64,000 nt of DNA, from assembly GCA_947502765.1 (NCBI GenBank), contig CANNBA010000012.1:5341-69340 (forward strand). Reading direction: 5' to 3'. This document shows, piece after piece, positions 29,901-38,732 of this stretch. Under the pieces are notes generated by a model, which was not told the DNA's origin, made no database searches, and saw only the letters and a program-made list of their open reading frames with translations. Position 1 is the first letter of the stretch; every line of letters starts with the position of its first letter. This stretch comes from Flavobacteriales bacterium. GTDB lineage: Bacteria; Bacteroidota; Bacteroidia; Flavobacteriales; BACL11. Both the position numbers and the translations under genes were made by a program.

Positions 29901-32900
29901 TCATAATAGTTGGCCGTAAAATCCGTCCCTAATCGTAAGAAACAAGATAAATTCCCCTGATTTAAATCATCTTGTTCCCCTTCAGCATGAACGAACATTT
30001 TAATTCTCTTATAGGTTCTTAAATCAAGATCTGATGTTTTATAAGTGGCTCTAGAATCTCCATCTTTTAAATCGCAAACTTTTAAAACTAAGGATTGTTC
30101 ATTTTGCTGTCTTTGAGTAGTTGTTGTATTATCAAGTTCTTGAACAATACCAGGAGGGAGTACATATTTTATAGGACTTCTATTTCCATTTTCTTCAATA
30201 TTTACAGCTGAAACATCAAAAGTAGTAGCATCTTCATCATCAATAGGAATGTATTCACCTGGCTCTTCAAGTGAGAAATTATATCTTCTCCACTCACCTC
30301 TTATTAAGCCGAATGTTGCAAAACGACAAATGATGGGTTGACTAAAATCAGTAAGTGCCAAACGCATAAATCGGATTGATTTAAAATCTCTTATAGTGCC
30401 AATAACCTTATCTGGCTGATATACAGGCACTCTAAATTGATACCATTTAATAGTTCTATTAGCGCCATTTTCAGTTTTTACTGATGTTACCAATACATCC
30501 GAAATACAATTCTGCCCAACAATCATTTCATCAGGATCTAACCTAACTTTATATTGAAAATAACTTTCTGTTTCACTTAAAGTATGATCGCCATTTAGGT
30601 CTTCCGTATTGGGCTGTGATGATGCCGCAGTAGGATAGCTTTCCACAGAATTTTCTGTTGTAACTGAATTCCCCTCCATATTATTAAAGTTCTTGTATCT
30701 ATCTAAAATTGATGTTGATTGACTATCAAAATCACTACCTCTAAAATAATGAAAATTATCCCCAGAAGGGTCATTTATTGCATTGCCATAAGCAGAAGAA
30801 GCAGCGCCATAAAGAGAAAGTAATGGTTGTATATAAACGGAATCAAAAAATAATTTTTCATCGGCTGTTCTTAATCCATCAATACCAACATCTTGATACT
30901 CTCTTGATGTAGGGTCATTATCAAAGGCCTCAACAATTGAAAAGTTTGTGGGCACTCTTCCCCAGGCTGTTGTGTCCACATCTTCAACAATTGCTGAAGT
31001 TGGGAGTCCATTCTCAAAACTTTTATAACCATCTTTTAATACATCTTCTGATATATTTCCAAGTTGAATATACATATCTCCTCCTGAGTGGTTCATTAAA
31101 CCATCCTCATCATTAAAAGGATCCATCATCCAAAATTCTACAAACTCAATATTTGAAGCTTCAAAATCATTGGTTTCTAATTTACGCATCATCCCTGCCC
31201 AACTAGAGTTAGGATTTATCAATTTTCCCTCATTATTAATGCCGTTAATAGTGTAATTATACGGCCCTCTCTCCTGAGGATAATATGCAATATCTAAAAC
31301 TGATAAATTTGTTATTTGACTACCTAAATTAGGATCTTTATTTGGAAAAACTTCTGTTTCTAACACCTCACGAGCATAATGATAGGATTGTTGAGGGATA
31401 GTATTTCCATTAGCTAAAGTTAAGGTTTTATTTACATTTGGAGGTGTAATTGAAGTACTTCTAAAAAACAAAGGATCAATAGTATACCAGGCTAATTTAG
31501 CTCTTTTATGGCCTAAAATTAAATCATTATTTTCAGTGGAATTTTCGAACAAATCTTCTTGTCCTTGAGGTATGCTTGCCAATTTCCAAGCCCCCATATT
31601 TTTTATGTCAATAGCTGTTCTGCTGGATTCAAAATCATCAATATAGGAAACTCCTTCCTCCCCAACTGCTTTATGATGTCCAGGAATAAGATGAGCGAAC
31701 TCTCCAGTTACAATTAATCTGGATTTTTCTTTGGTTTCAAGAAAAGGCAATTTATCAATAACTGTTGTCAGCCAAGGTACCTCAGTTTGATAATTCGCAT
31801 CTAAACCCCAAATTGTATTTGCAATTGGTTCTTGTCCAGAATTAATTTTTTGAGTGTAAGGCCGTTCACTTAATCTCAGCATAGTTGCTCCTATCAAGAA
31901 GTCCTTATTAATCTCATAATCAGCATGTATACCAATTAAAGTTTTATTTTGAATACCAAACATAGAATTATTCTCCAATGAAATTTTTATAGGCACTCCT
32001 GAGCTTAGTATTCCATCATTAATAATTGTTACGCGACCGAGCATATAATCTACGGTATAATCTTGGTTTTCTACCAATTTTTGTGAGCCAGCAGTAACAG
32101 TAACTGAGCCCGCAGGAACATTCATAGCGTTCAATCTAATCTCAGCTCCAGATGAAGATTCGTAAGTTCCTTTTAATCTGAATTTATTCTTTTCAGGAAA
32201 TTGTTGGGCCACTGTTAAAGTAGAGTCATACAAAATTTGATAGGAATATTTTTCTGCAGTTGTAGGGCTAGTGAACTGATTGGCTAAATAATTTCCAAAG
32301 GGCTCTCTAATAGGAAAAATAATTCTCCCATTAGATGATTTTGCAGTTATTCCTTCAATAAAATCAAAAACGCCATCCGATTGCACATCCATCTGCTGAT
32401 TTAACCTGTCCAGATTCAATAGCTTAATAAGTGGTTTTCCATGAATATTTGCCTCATCCTTTTCATTTAAATAATTTGTTAAAGCTCCCGATTCTTCAGT
32501 ATTTTCATAAACCACATCTAACAAAAAACCATCTCTACTCATCTGATAAGCGCCAATAGCATAAATATTCTTCATCATTAAATCCCAGTTTGGTAAGGAT
32601 GGGGTGAAATTTGTCCCTTTTAATAATTTTAGAATTAGTGTATTAGGAGCTGCAGGGCCTGTTGTGCTTAATTCACCAACCTGATAGGTTTCACTTCCTA
32701 TGGTGTACTGAAAAGCAACTGCTAAAACCTCATCATTATTTAAAGCTTGATTTAATGAAATATAGCCTAACTGACTATTAAAAGAAAATTCTGACTCTGA
32801 TAGTTTTCTTGCTCTTTCTAGCTTCTCAAAATCAGTTCCATTAGCCAGTGAAGTCGATTGCAAAGTGCTGTTTACTTCATTTATATTTCTAATTGCTGAA

Positions 32901-34045
32901 TACTCTGTTGTTAGCCGTTTAAACATATCATTTGCATCATTATTATCTGGAAAATTCCCGCCATTAGAAAACGAGAAAGTAGTATTGTAAATATTCTCGC
33001 TTGTTTCTCCTAAGTCTAAAAAGCCAACAATATTTCTAGTCTCATTGGTAGTGCCTGTTTTATTGGTTACCCAAACCTCAATTTTTGTAATATTTATTCC
33101 AGAATTAATAAAAGGTAAATTGGCAAGAGCAGCATCATATTGATCTTTAAAATAATGGGCTAAAAAGTAGTGTTTGTTGGCTTCATATTCATCTGCATAA
33201 ACATCAAACTCTGATTTTTGAGCCCCTCCACTTACTTCTATCTCTGATTTTGTGCTTTTCTGCTGAGATAAAATACCTGTAATGGTTGTTCGTCCAAATT
33301 GTAATTGTGTTTTAAGTCCAAATAAAGATTGACTTCCTGTAATTAAAGTCCCGTTTAGAGGTAGGCTAACATTTCCAATTTCAATTTTCTTAATAATTTC
33401 ATCCTCATATCCTGTATATTCTACTTTCATCTGATTCTCAAAATCAAAAGTAGTTTCTGTATTAAAATTAGCAGTTACTTTTAGTTTCTCTCCAATCTTT
33501 CCAATTACATTCATCTGGATTTTTTCTTGAAAATCAAATGATACTGTTTTTCTTTGTTCTTCTGGTAATGAAGGATTGTCTATCCTATTGATTTTTAATC
33601 CAAAAATTAATTCGGCAGAACCTTGAGGTCTGATATCAACTGCATTTCCCCCAAAAACTCTGTCAAACGATTTTCCAGGTATAAAAAGTTTAGGTAATCC
33701 TAGAGCAGAAGTCTGATTTCCTACTCGTTCTTTTGAGCGTAAATTCCAATACTCATTTACTGAATTAGTTTGAGCATATCTCTGATACTCAGAAAAACTC
33801 ATGATTTTTGGCGCTCCAAAATTAAGGGTTCCTATTTTATCTTGTACGGTATAGGTATTTGTTAAAGGATCGTAAACTACTGATGCACTAAAGTTAGAAG
33901 GAGTATTCATAAATATTCCGCCACTTTGAGATCCAGAAAAAGGAAATGCTAGCGAAGAATCAGAAACTGATTGACCCAATAGATTTACACTTAAAAATAG
34001 TGTAACAACTAAAAATGATATTTTATTAATTATTGCTTCTCTCAA
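26906..34045 (-). CDS. sprA: Type IX secretion system translocon / gliding protein SprA (Sov family)
   Basis: 2379-aa signal-peptide-bearing, beta-strand-rich protein. Size and the ruvA-sprA-gcvH neighbourhood match Flavobacteriia SprA as I recall it. Confidence 0.85.
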   Translation of the reverse strand: MREAIINKISFLVVTLFLSVNLLGQSVSDSSLAFPFSGSQSGGIFMNTPSNFSASVVYDPLTNTYTVQDKIGTLNFGAPKIMSFSEYQRYAQTNSVNEYWNLRSKERVGNQTSALGLPKLFIPGKSFDRVFGGNAVDIRPQGSAELIFGLKINRIDNPSLPEEQRKTVSFDFQEKIQMNVIGKIGEKLKVTANFNTETTFDFENQMKVEYTGYEDEIIKKIEIGNVSLPLNGTLITGSQSLFGLKTQLQFGRTTITGILSQQKSTKSEIEVSGGAQKSEFDVYADEYEANKHYFLAHYFKDQYDAALANLPFINSGINITKIEVWVTNKTGTTNETRNIVGFLDLGETSENIYNTTFSFSNGGNFPDNNDANDMFKRLTTEYSAIRNINEVNSTLQSTSLANGTDFEKLERARKLSESEFSFNSQLGYISLNQALNNDEVLAVAFQYTIGSETYQVGELSTTGPAAPNTLILKLLKGTNFTPSLPNWDLMMKNIYAIGAYQMSRDGFLLDVVYENTEESGALTNYLNEKDEANIHGKPLIKLLNLDRLNQQMDVQSDGVFDFIEGITAKSSNGRIIFPIREPFGNYLANQFTSPTTAEKYSYQILYDSTLTVAQQFPEKNKFRLKGTYESSSGAEIRLNAMNVPAGSVTVTAGSQKLVENQDYTVDYMLGRVTIINDGILSSGVPIKISLENNSMFGIQNKTLIGIHADYEINKDFLIGATMLRLSERPYTQKINSGQEPIANTIWGLDANYQTEVPWLTTVIDKLPFLETKEKSRLIVTGEFAHLIPGHHKAVGEEGVSYIDDFESSRTAIDIKNMGAWKLASIPQGQEDLFENSTENNDLILGHKRAKLAWYTIDPLFFRSTSITPPNVNKTLTLANGNTIPQQSYHYAREVLETEVFPNKDPNLGSQITNLSVLDIAYYPQERGPYNYTINGINNEGKLINPNSSWAGMMRKLETNDFEASNIEFVEFWMMDPFNDEDGLMNHSGGDMYIQLGNISEDVLKDGYKSFENGLPTSAIVEDVDTTAWGRVPTNFSIVEAFDNDPTSREYQDVGIDGLRTADEKLFFDSVYIQPLLSLYGAASSAYGNAINDPSGDNFHYFRGSDFDSQSTSILDRYKNFNNMEGNSVTTENSVESYPTAASSQPNTEDLNGDHTLSETESYFQYKVRLDPDEMIVGQNCISDVLVTSVKTENGANRTIKWYQFRVPVYQPDKVIGTIRDFKSIRFMRLALTDFSQPIICRFATFGLIRGEWRRYNFSLEEPGEYIPIDDEDATTFDVSAVNIEENGNRSPIKYVLPPGIVQELDNTTTTQRQQNEQSLVLKVCDLKDGDSRATYKTSDLDLRTYKRIKMFVHAEGEQDDLNQGNLSCFLRLGTDFTANYYEYEIPLKPTVHGATNANDIWPSQNEIDIAFEIFQQAKQDRNYNNSDVSSPYIKYTSGGKVTVVGNPNLAQVKTIMIGVRNPKKKSMEDSDDGLSKCGQIWVNELRLTEFDEQGGWAANSRVTARLADFGNVTLSGNMSTIGFGSIEKKVNERQKYNAYQYDFSSTFDLGKFFSEDFGLKVPMYIGRSQAIKNPQYNPLDPDILFTTSLKALDSKVEKDSLKNIAQDYVQRKSINFTNVRKTKVQKKGEAPKKQQVYDVENFTISYSKNETFIRNINTEYNRTANYRGALTYNFNTQPKNIKPFAKIKFPKSAYFNLIKDFNFNTMPKSFSFRTDFDRNYNETKIRNLSNSNMLIFPTYNKFFTWNRSYELKYDLMRTLKLDFAVNQKANIDEPAGKLDKSDPLYKEKMDTIWNNVWNFGRVTHYHQTFGANYQVPLNKIPIVNFISLDIRYTANYDWTAALPAISNLGNTIQNSNSKQYNGQINLTTLYNKVPYFKKLSQGSSRGGSDRNSVRNRQEQEETDQEKKNKFEFLKHMTRFGLGVKNIAINYSETQGTFLPGYLNQSKVLGQDWAQLSPGLPFAFGSQQDIRSTAGRNGWISKNTALNTMYKTNSAENLTLRSTVEPIEQLKIELTANKTTSTNNTEYFRWDDEINNFNSFSPTESGSFSISFISWGTAFRGDNDDNESATFDNFRNYRNDIAKQLAANNPNFNGGIDPITGFPTEYVTYSGDTVPTLVGGYGATSQEVMIPAFLAAYSGRDPSNSKLTAFPAIPLPNWTITYDGFIKIPYIKKTFKQFTIGHAYRSTYSVGSFQTNLNYGSGDEINMNNMSYHVAREISQVTINEQFSPLFKVDMTWKNSLLTKIEFKKSRVLALSLANNQLTETGSQEYVVGVGYRIKDVEFKMFSGGSGKKISSDLDLKLDFNLMNNKTIIRKVIEDVEQITMGQQLIKIKFSADYVVNQRLNIKLFYDRAITNPFISTTFPSSITNVGFSIRFTLAG

Positions 34046-34058
34046 TTTCTACAGCTAG

Positions 34059-34643
34059 CTACATCTGACTTAATGCAGTTTTAACTAATTCCTCAACACT
34101 AGCAATTTTAGGTGTTGATTTAAGTACTTTATCAATTTTGCTTTCTGCTGCTTTTTTAGCAAAGCCCAACGCTAGTAATGCAGATAACGCTTCTTCTCTA
34201 ATTGTATTGTCTATTCTATCAAACAATAAATCAGAAGTAGGCATGCCTTTTGCTACTTTATCTTTAAGGTCAATAATTATTCTTTGAGCGGTTTTTCCTC
34301 CAATACCCTTTATGCTTTCAATCGCTTTTACATCTGCTGTAGTAATATGATGTATAATTTCATCAGGAGAATAAGTAGATAAAATTACTTGAGCAGTACT
34401 AGGTCCTACTCCTGAAACTGAAATTAAATTTCTAAATAAATGACGTTCACTTTCTTCAAAAAATCCAAATAAAGTATGAGAATCTTCTTTTACTGAGAGA
34501 TGGGTATACAATTTACAAAACTCACCAGCAATTGCCGAGAAAGTTTGTAATGATATTTTGATTTTATAGCCAATTCCATTAACATCAACAACTACATATG
34601 TTGGTGTTTTTTCAACTAATTTGCCGTGTATGTGTGTTATCAC
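34059..34643 (-). CDS. ruvA: Holliday junction DNA helicase subunit RuvA
   Basis: MITHIHGKL..., helix-hairpin-helix motifs (VSGVGPSTAQ, IKGIGGKTAQRI). GTG start. Confidence 0.95.
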   Translation of the reverse strand: MITHIHGKLVEKTPTYVVVDVNGIGYKIKISLQTFSAIAGEFCKLYTHLSVKEDSHTLFGFFEESERHLFRNLISVSGVGPSTAQVILSTYSPDEIIHHITTADVKAIESIKGIGGKTAQRIIIDLKDKVAKGMPTSDLLFDRIDNTIREEALSALLALGFAKKAAESKIDKVLKSTPKIASVEELVKTALSQM

Positions 34644-34672
34644 TTTTTAATTTATTGAGGTTATACGATAGG

Positions 34673-34680
34673 CAAATTTA
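34673..34680 (-). promoter_or_regulatory. Candidate -7 box (TAAATTTG on the minus strand) for ruvA-sprA
   Basis: Plus-strand CAAATTTA is the reverse complement of TAnnTTTG. It lies 29 nt upstream of the ruvA start. Confidence 0.45.
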
Positions 34681-34704
34681 GGCATTTGAAACTATGTAGC
34701 ACTA

Positions 34705-34744
34705 TAAAAAAGAAAAGCCCTGCAAAATATATTGCAAGGCTTTT
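34705..34744 (-). terminator. Rho-independent terminator after the Cys-rich T9SS cargo gene
   Basis: AAAAGCCCTGCAA / TTGCAAGGCTTTT stem (one mismatch) with a 6-nt loop, followed on the minus strand by TTTTCTTTTTT. Confidence 0.55.
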
Positions 34745-34761
34745 AATTATTGAGTGAGCTC

Positions 34762-35448
34762 TTACCTCACAATTAATTTCTTTATAGTTACTGTCTCATT
34801 ATTTACTACCACATTCCCAAAATAAATTCCTTTTGATAAATCTGATATATTAATTTTTTGAGTTCCTCTTTCTGATAATCTTATCCTCTTTACTTCATTG
34901 CCTAAAATATCCATCACAACTAACTTTGCTGGTTTATTTAAATAATAATCAAACCGAACAATTTCTTTTGCGGGATTAGGAAAAAATTCAGAAATTGCAA
35001 TTGGACTAGTTTCAGAAACTGCTGTTGCTGCCCCATGATAAGTAATGTAAACACAGCTTTTATCTAGTGGCGATCCATCAGGATAGAAACAGTATTCAAC
35101 TATTGCTTGACCAACTTCACAATAAGCATCAAAATAACCTCCAAATGAAACTGCATCAGCTTGACCTGATTGTAAAGTTAAATGTGATGCAGATATAATT
35201 GTACTACTAACGTAACAATTACCTCCCCAACAAAAGTAGTTTGACATTGCAGCTGGCTCAGAAATAACATTTTTCTCACAAAGCACATCATGTTCTTTAT
35301 TTGAAACATTCTTTATTGTTAAATATGAGTGTGTTGTTAAGCAAGGATCAGAAGTTAAAACAGAATTGCTACCAGTAACGGTTAAACTTTGGGCACTCAG
35401 ATTTAAAACCTGAGTAATTATCAATAGAAGTAAACTTATTTTTTTCAT
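34762..35448 (-). CDS. Small cysteine-rich secreted protein with a T9SS C-terminal sorting domain
   Basis: Signal peptide. Seven Cys within ~110 residues. The C-terminal ~75 aa (FPNPAKEIVRF...MDILGNEV...LSKGIYFGNVVV...TIKKLIVR) match the type A T9SS CTD pattern. Confidence 0.75.
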   Translation of the reverse strand: MKKISLLLLIITQVLNLSAQSLTVTGSNSVLTSDPCLTTHSYLTIKNVSNKEHDVLCEKNVISEPAAMSNYFCWGGNCYVSSTIISASHLTLQSGQADAVSFGGYFDAYCEVGQAIVEYCFYPDGSPLDKSCVYITYHGAATAVSETSPIAISEFFPNPAKEIVRFDYYLNKPAKLVVMDILGNEVKRIRLSERGTQKINISDLSKGIYFGNVVVNNETVTIKKLIVR

Positions 35449-35462
35449 TACAATAGTTTTGA

Positions 35463-35470
35463 CAAATATA
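35463..35470 (-). promoter_or_regulatory. Candidate -7 box (TATATTTG on the minus strand) for the Cys-rich cargo gene
   Basis: Plus-strand CAAATATA, 14 nt upstream of the ATG at 35448. Confidence 0.4.
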
Positions 35471-35554
35471 CGAAAAATTTCTTTAGTTAAAACAATAGAA
35501 AACTTTTAGATAACTAATTAATGAACATATTAGTGTCAAAAGAAATAATTAAAC

Positions 35555-35562
35555 TAAATTTG
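35555..35562 (+). promoter_or_regulatory. Candidate -7 box TAAATTTG for thioredoxin-fold cargo 1
   Basis: Exact TAnnTTTG, 27 nt upstream of ATG 35590. The flanking sequence is conserved with the paralog's promoter at 37146. Confidence 0.5.
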
Positions 35563-35589
35563 CACCTTAACTAATTTAAAAAAGAAATA

Positions 35590-37044
35590 ATGAAAAAAAC
35601 TTTACTAATTGCTATTGTTGCTTTATTCTCATTCAACAATGCTCAAGCACAATTACCAGATGGTTCTGTAGCTCCAGATTGGACACTAACAGATCTAAAT
35701 GGAACTTCACACAATTTATATACTTATCTTGATAATGGGTATACTGTATTTATTGACTTTTCTGCAACTTGGTGCGGTCCGTGTTGGGGCTATCACATTT
35801 CTGGAGCTCTAGAAAATTTATATGTTGACCATGGCCCAGCGGGGATGCCTAATGTTAGTCCAACTACAACTGATGATGTAATGGTTTTCTTTATTGAAGG
35901 TGATGAAAGCACTTTAGCTGCATTACAAGGAGGTGCTGGCTCTCAAGGTGACTGGATTACTGGAACGCCTTATCCTATTTTACCTACATACGCAGGAACA
36001 AACAGTACTCAGGTTACCTCAGATTATGAAATTGGATATTGGCCAACTGTATATAAGATTTGCCCTGATAGAATCGTAACTGAATGTGGACAATCTTCTA
36101 ACCCATATCCTTTAGTAAGCGCATGTCCTCCTCCTGCTTCTAACAATAATGATGCCAGAACATTTGCTTATGCAGGGGAAACACTAACTTGTGAAGGCAA
36201 TATAGTGCCGGAAATCATGATTCAAAATTATGGAATAGTTAACTTAACATCTTTAACAATTCAAGTATCGGTTAATGGAAATGTAGTTTCTACTACGCCA
36301 TGGACAGGGAATTTAGCAACTTACGCAACTGATAATATTACTTTACCAGCATTAACTGGTTTGGCTAGTAATGATGCTGTAACTATTAATACAACATTAC
36401 CAAATGGAGTGGTTGATGCTAACCCTGCAAATAATCCAACCGTTTCATTTAATGTAACACTAGCAACACAAAATACAGATACTGATGTAACAGTACAGAT
36501 TGTAACTGATGCTTACGGTTCTGAAACAACTTGGGAAATAAAAGATGCAAATGGAGTGACTGTTTTATCAGGTGGTCCTTATAATAATTTAACTGCTTCA
36601 GGAACAACTACTCAAACTCCTGTAGCAGGAACTTTAGCAATTAATACTTGTCATACATTTACTATTTATGATTCTTATGGTGATGGAATTAATGCTGGTT
36701 ATGGAGCAGGATCTTTTACTATAACTGATGGAAACGGTACTATTCTTGCATCTGGAGGGGTATTTACAGATGAAGATGGAGATGCTTTTAAAACTGGAGG
36801 TGGAGTTTTAGCTATTAATGAACTAGCTTCAAACTTAGCTATCTATCCTAACCCAGTAAAAGAGGTATTAACTATTGAAGGTAATTATACTTCAGTTGAT
36901 GTATTTGATATGTTTGGAAAATTGGTTTTATCATCAGAATATTCTAAAAATATTAATGTTTCTACATTGGCTAACGGCATTTATATGCTAAACATTATTA
37001 CTGAAAAAGGAATCCAAACTCAAAAAATTACTATTACTAAATAG
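35590..37044 (+). CDS. Secreted thioredoxin-fold (redoxin/TlpA-like, WCGPCW) protein with middle beta-rich domains and a T9SS C-terminal sorting domain
   Basis: Signal peptide ending AQA. LPDGSVAPDWTLTDLNG...FIDFSATWCGPCW redoxin motif. Middle domain with TTWEIKD...DSYGDGI. C-terminal YPNPVKEVLTIEG...LANGIYMLNI...QKITITK T9SS CTD. Confidence 0.8.
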   Translation: MKKTLLIAIVALFSFNNAQAQLPDGSVAPDWTLTDLNGTSHNLYTYLDNGYTVFIDFSATWCGPCWGYHISGALENLYVDHGPAGMPNVSPTTTDDVMVFFIEGDESTLAALQGGAGSQGDWITGTPYPILPTYAGTNSTQVTSDYEIGYWPTVYKICPDRIVTECGQSSNPYPLVSACPPPASNNNDARTFAYAGETLTCEGNIVPEIMIQNYGIVNLTSLTIQVSVNGNVVSTTPWTGNLATYATDNITLPALTGLASNDAVTINTTLPNGVVDANPANNPTVSFNVTLATQNTDTDVTVQIVTDAYGSETTWEIKDANGVTVLSGGPYNNLTASGTTTQTPVAGTLAINTCHTFTIYDSYGDGINAGYGAGSFTITDGNGTILASGGVFTDEDGDAFKTGGGVLAINELASNLAIYPNPVKEVLTIEGNYTSVDVFDMFGKLVLSSEYSKNINVSTLANGIYMLNIITEKGIQTQKITITK

Positions 37045-37066
37045 TTTTTATAAAGTTCAAAATTTT

Positions 37067-37096
37067 AAACCCTGGCTATTTAGTCAGGGTTTTTAT
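37067..37096 (+). terminator. Rho-independent terminator after thioredoxin-fold cargo 1
   Basis: AAACCCTG / CAGGGTTT stem with a 10-nt loop, followed by TTTTTATTT. Confidence 0.7.
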
Positions 37097-37145
37097 TTGG
37101 CTAAATTTACAAACTCAAAATAATACAAGTAGTTTAATTTTATAC

Positions 37146-37153
37146 TATATTTG
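37146..37153 (+). promoter_or_regulatory. Candidate -7 box TATATTTG for thioredoxin-fold cargo 2
   Basis: Exact TAnnTTTG, 28 nt upstream of ATG 37182. Confidence 0.5.
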
Positions 37154-37181
37154 CTCCCTAACTAATTTTAAAAAAGAAAAA

Positions 37182-38606
37182 ATGAAAAAAATATTACTTA
37201 TTGCAATTGCCGCATTATTCACATTCAGTAATGCTCAAGCGCAACTTCCTAATGGAAGTATCGGACCAGACTTTACAGCAACAGATTTAAATGGTAACAC
37301 TATAAATTTATATACTGACTTTCTTGACCAAGGTATTCCTGTAATTATGGATGTGTCTGCAACATGGTGTGGGCCTTGTTGGAGCTTTCATCAAGGACAT
37401 GCCCTAAAAGATATCTATATGACTTATGGAATGGGTGGATCACAAGAGATTGGAGTGATTTTTGTAGAAGGAGATGGAAGTACAGGACTTGCGCAGCTAC
37501 AAGGAACCGGTGGTAGTACAGCAGGAGATTGGATTACTGGCACGCCATATCCAATACTAGATAATGCAAGTATTGCCAATAGTTATGATATAGCATACTA
37601 TCCAACAGTTTATGGAATTTGTCCTGATAGAACAGTGTATGAAATAGGACAAGGTAGTGCTAGCAATCTTAGACAGCAATTAATTTCTAACTGTGGGTTA
37701 GGAACTAGTTTCACTGGAGTAATAGATAATGCTGGTATTGAAGGAAGTTCAACTAAAATCTGTTTAGGGTAAGACGCTATCCCTTCTGCATCTGTACATA
37801 ATTACGGAACAAATTCTATCGCTTCTTTTACTGCTGAATTATTTGAATTAGGAAATCCAATTGCTATTGATGTAAATAATTGGACTGGAACTTTAGCAGC
37901 ATCTGGAAATGTTACTGTTCAATTTAACCCTGTAGCAGCAACTACCCCAACTACTTATGAAGTAATGGTTTCTAGTCCTAACGGGAACCCAGATAATTAT
38001 CCTACATATAATGAGGGAGAGTTTTACCTTGATTTCGCTGCTAATACTACAGATAATACAGCAATATTTAAATTAAAAATAGACGCCTGGGGTACTGAAA
38101 TAACCTGGAATATTAAAGATGGAACTGGAGCATTGCTTGCTTCTGGAGGTCCGTATGCTGATGGGGCATCAGGTACTGAGTATACTACAAATATTCCTTT
38201 ATCAAGTGATGGATGTTATGAGCTTACTATTAATGACTCATATGGTGATGGAATAAACTCTCCTGGAGGTTATTCGCTTCAAGATCAACAACAATTCCTA
38301 TTTAGTGAAGTGGGGCCAAATTTTGGATATAATGTAATTGAACCTTTTTCTAAAAGTGGATCAGTACTTGGAATTACAAATCAATCAAGTGTGAATCTAA
38401 ATATATACCCTAACCCAGTAAAAGATGTATTAACTATTGAAGGTAATTATACTTCAGTTGATGTATTTGATATGTTTGGAAAATTGGTTTTATCATCAGA
38501 ATATACTAAAAATATTAATGTTTCTACATTGGCTAACGGCATTTATATGCTAAACATTACTACTGAAAAAGGAATCCAAACTCAAAAAATTACTATTACT
38601 AAATAG
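37182..38606 (+). pseudogene. Paralog of the secreted thioredoxin-fold T9SS cargo, interrupted by one in-frame TAA (37770-37772)
   Basis: Track ORFs 37182-37772 and 37965-38606 are in the same frame (783 nt apart). I checked every codon from 37773 to 37964 and found no other stop. The joined product has signal peptide, WCGPCW, DSYGDGI domain and CTD, colinear with 35590-37044. Confidence 0.7.
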
Positions 38607-38627
38607 TTATATAAAGTTCAAAAATTT

Positions 38628-38660
38628 AAACCCTGGCTATATTAGTCAGGGTTTTTATTT
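38628..38660 (+). terminator. Rho-independent terminator after thioredoxin-fold cargo 2
   Basis: Same AAACCCTG / CAGGGTTT hairpin plus T-run as at 37067. Confidence 0.7.
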
Positions 38661-38707
38661 GGCTGAATTTGCAAACTCAAAATAATACAAGTAGTTTAAT
38701 TTTAAAC

Positions 38708-38715
38708 TATATTTG
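38708..38715 (+). promoter_or_regulatory. Candidate -7 box TATATTTG for the tlpA-like to ubiX operon
   Basis: Exact TAnnTTTG, 17 nt upstream of ATG 38733. It lies within repeat copy B. Confidence 0.5.
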
Positions 38716-38732
38716 TACCAATAAAAACCGTA

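Larger units (their letters stand above)
36847..37154 (+). repeat. Direct repeat copy A (~308 bp): T9SS CTD coding end, terminator and downstream promoter region
   Basis: Hand alignment with 38409-38716 shows about a dozen differences (~96-97% identity) at a constant 1562-bp offset. The 5' two-thirds of the two genes are much more diverged. Confidence 0.85.
38409..38716 (+). repeat. Direct repeat copy B (~308 bp)
   Basis: See copy A. It includes the CTD coding end, the terminator hairpin and the TATATTTG box now placed upstream of the tlpA-like gene. Confidence 0.85.

Noticed and set aside
37770-37772. Possibility that the in-frame TAA is a programmed recoding or readthrough site.
   Set aside because: No supporting signal is visible: there is no downstream structure, and TAA is used as an ordinary stop by neighbouring genes. 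Pseudogenisation or a sequencing error is the simpler explanation.
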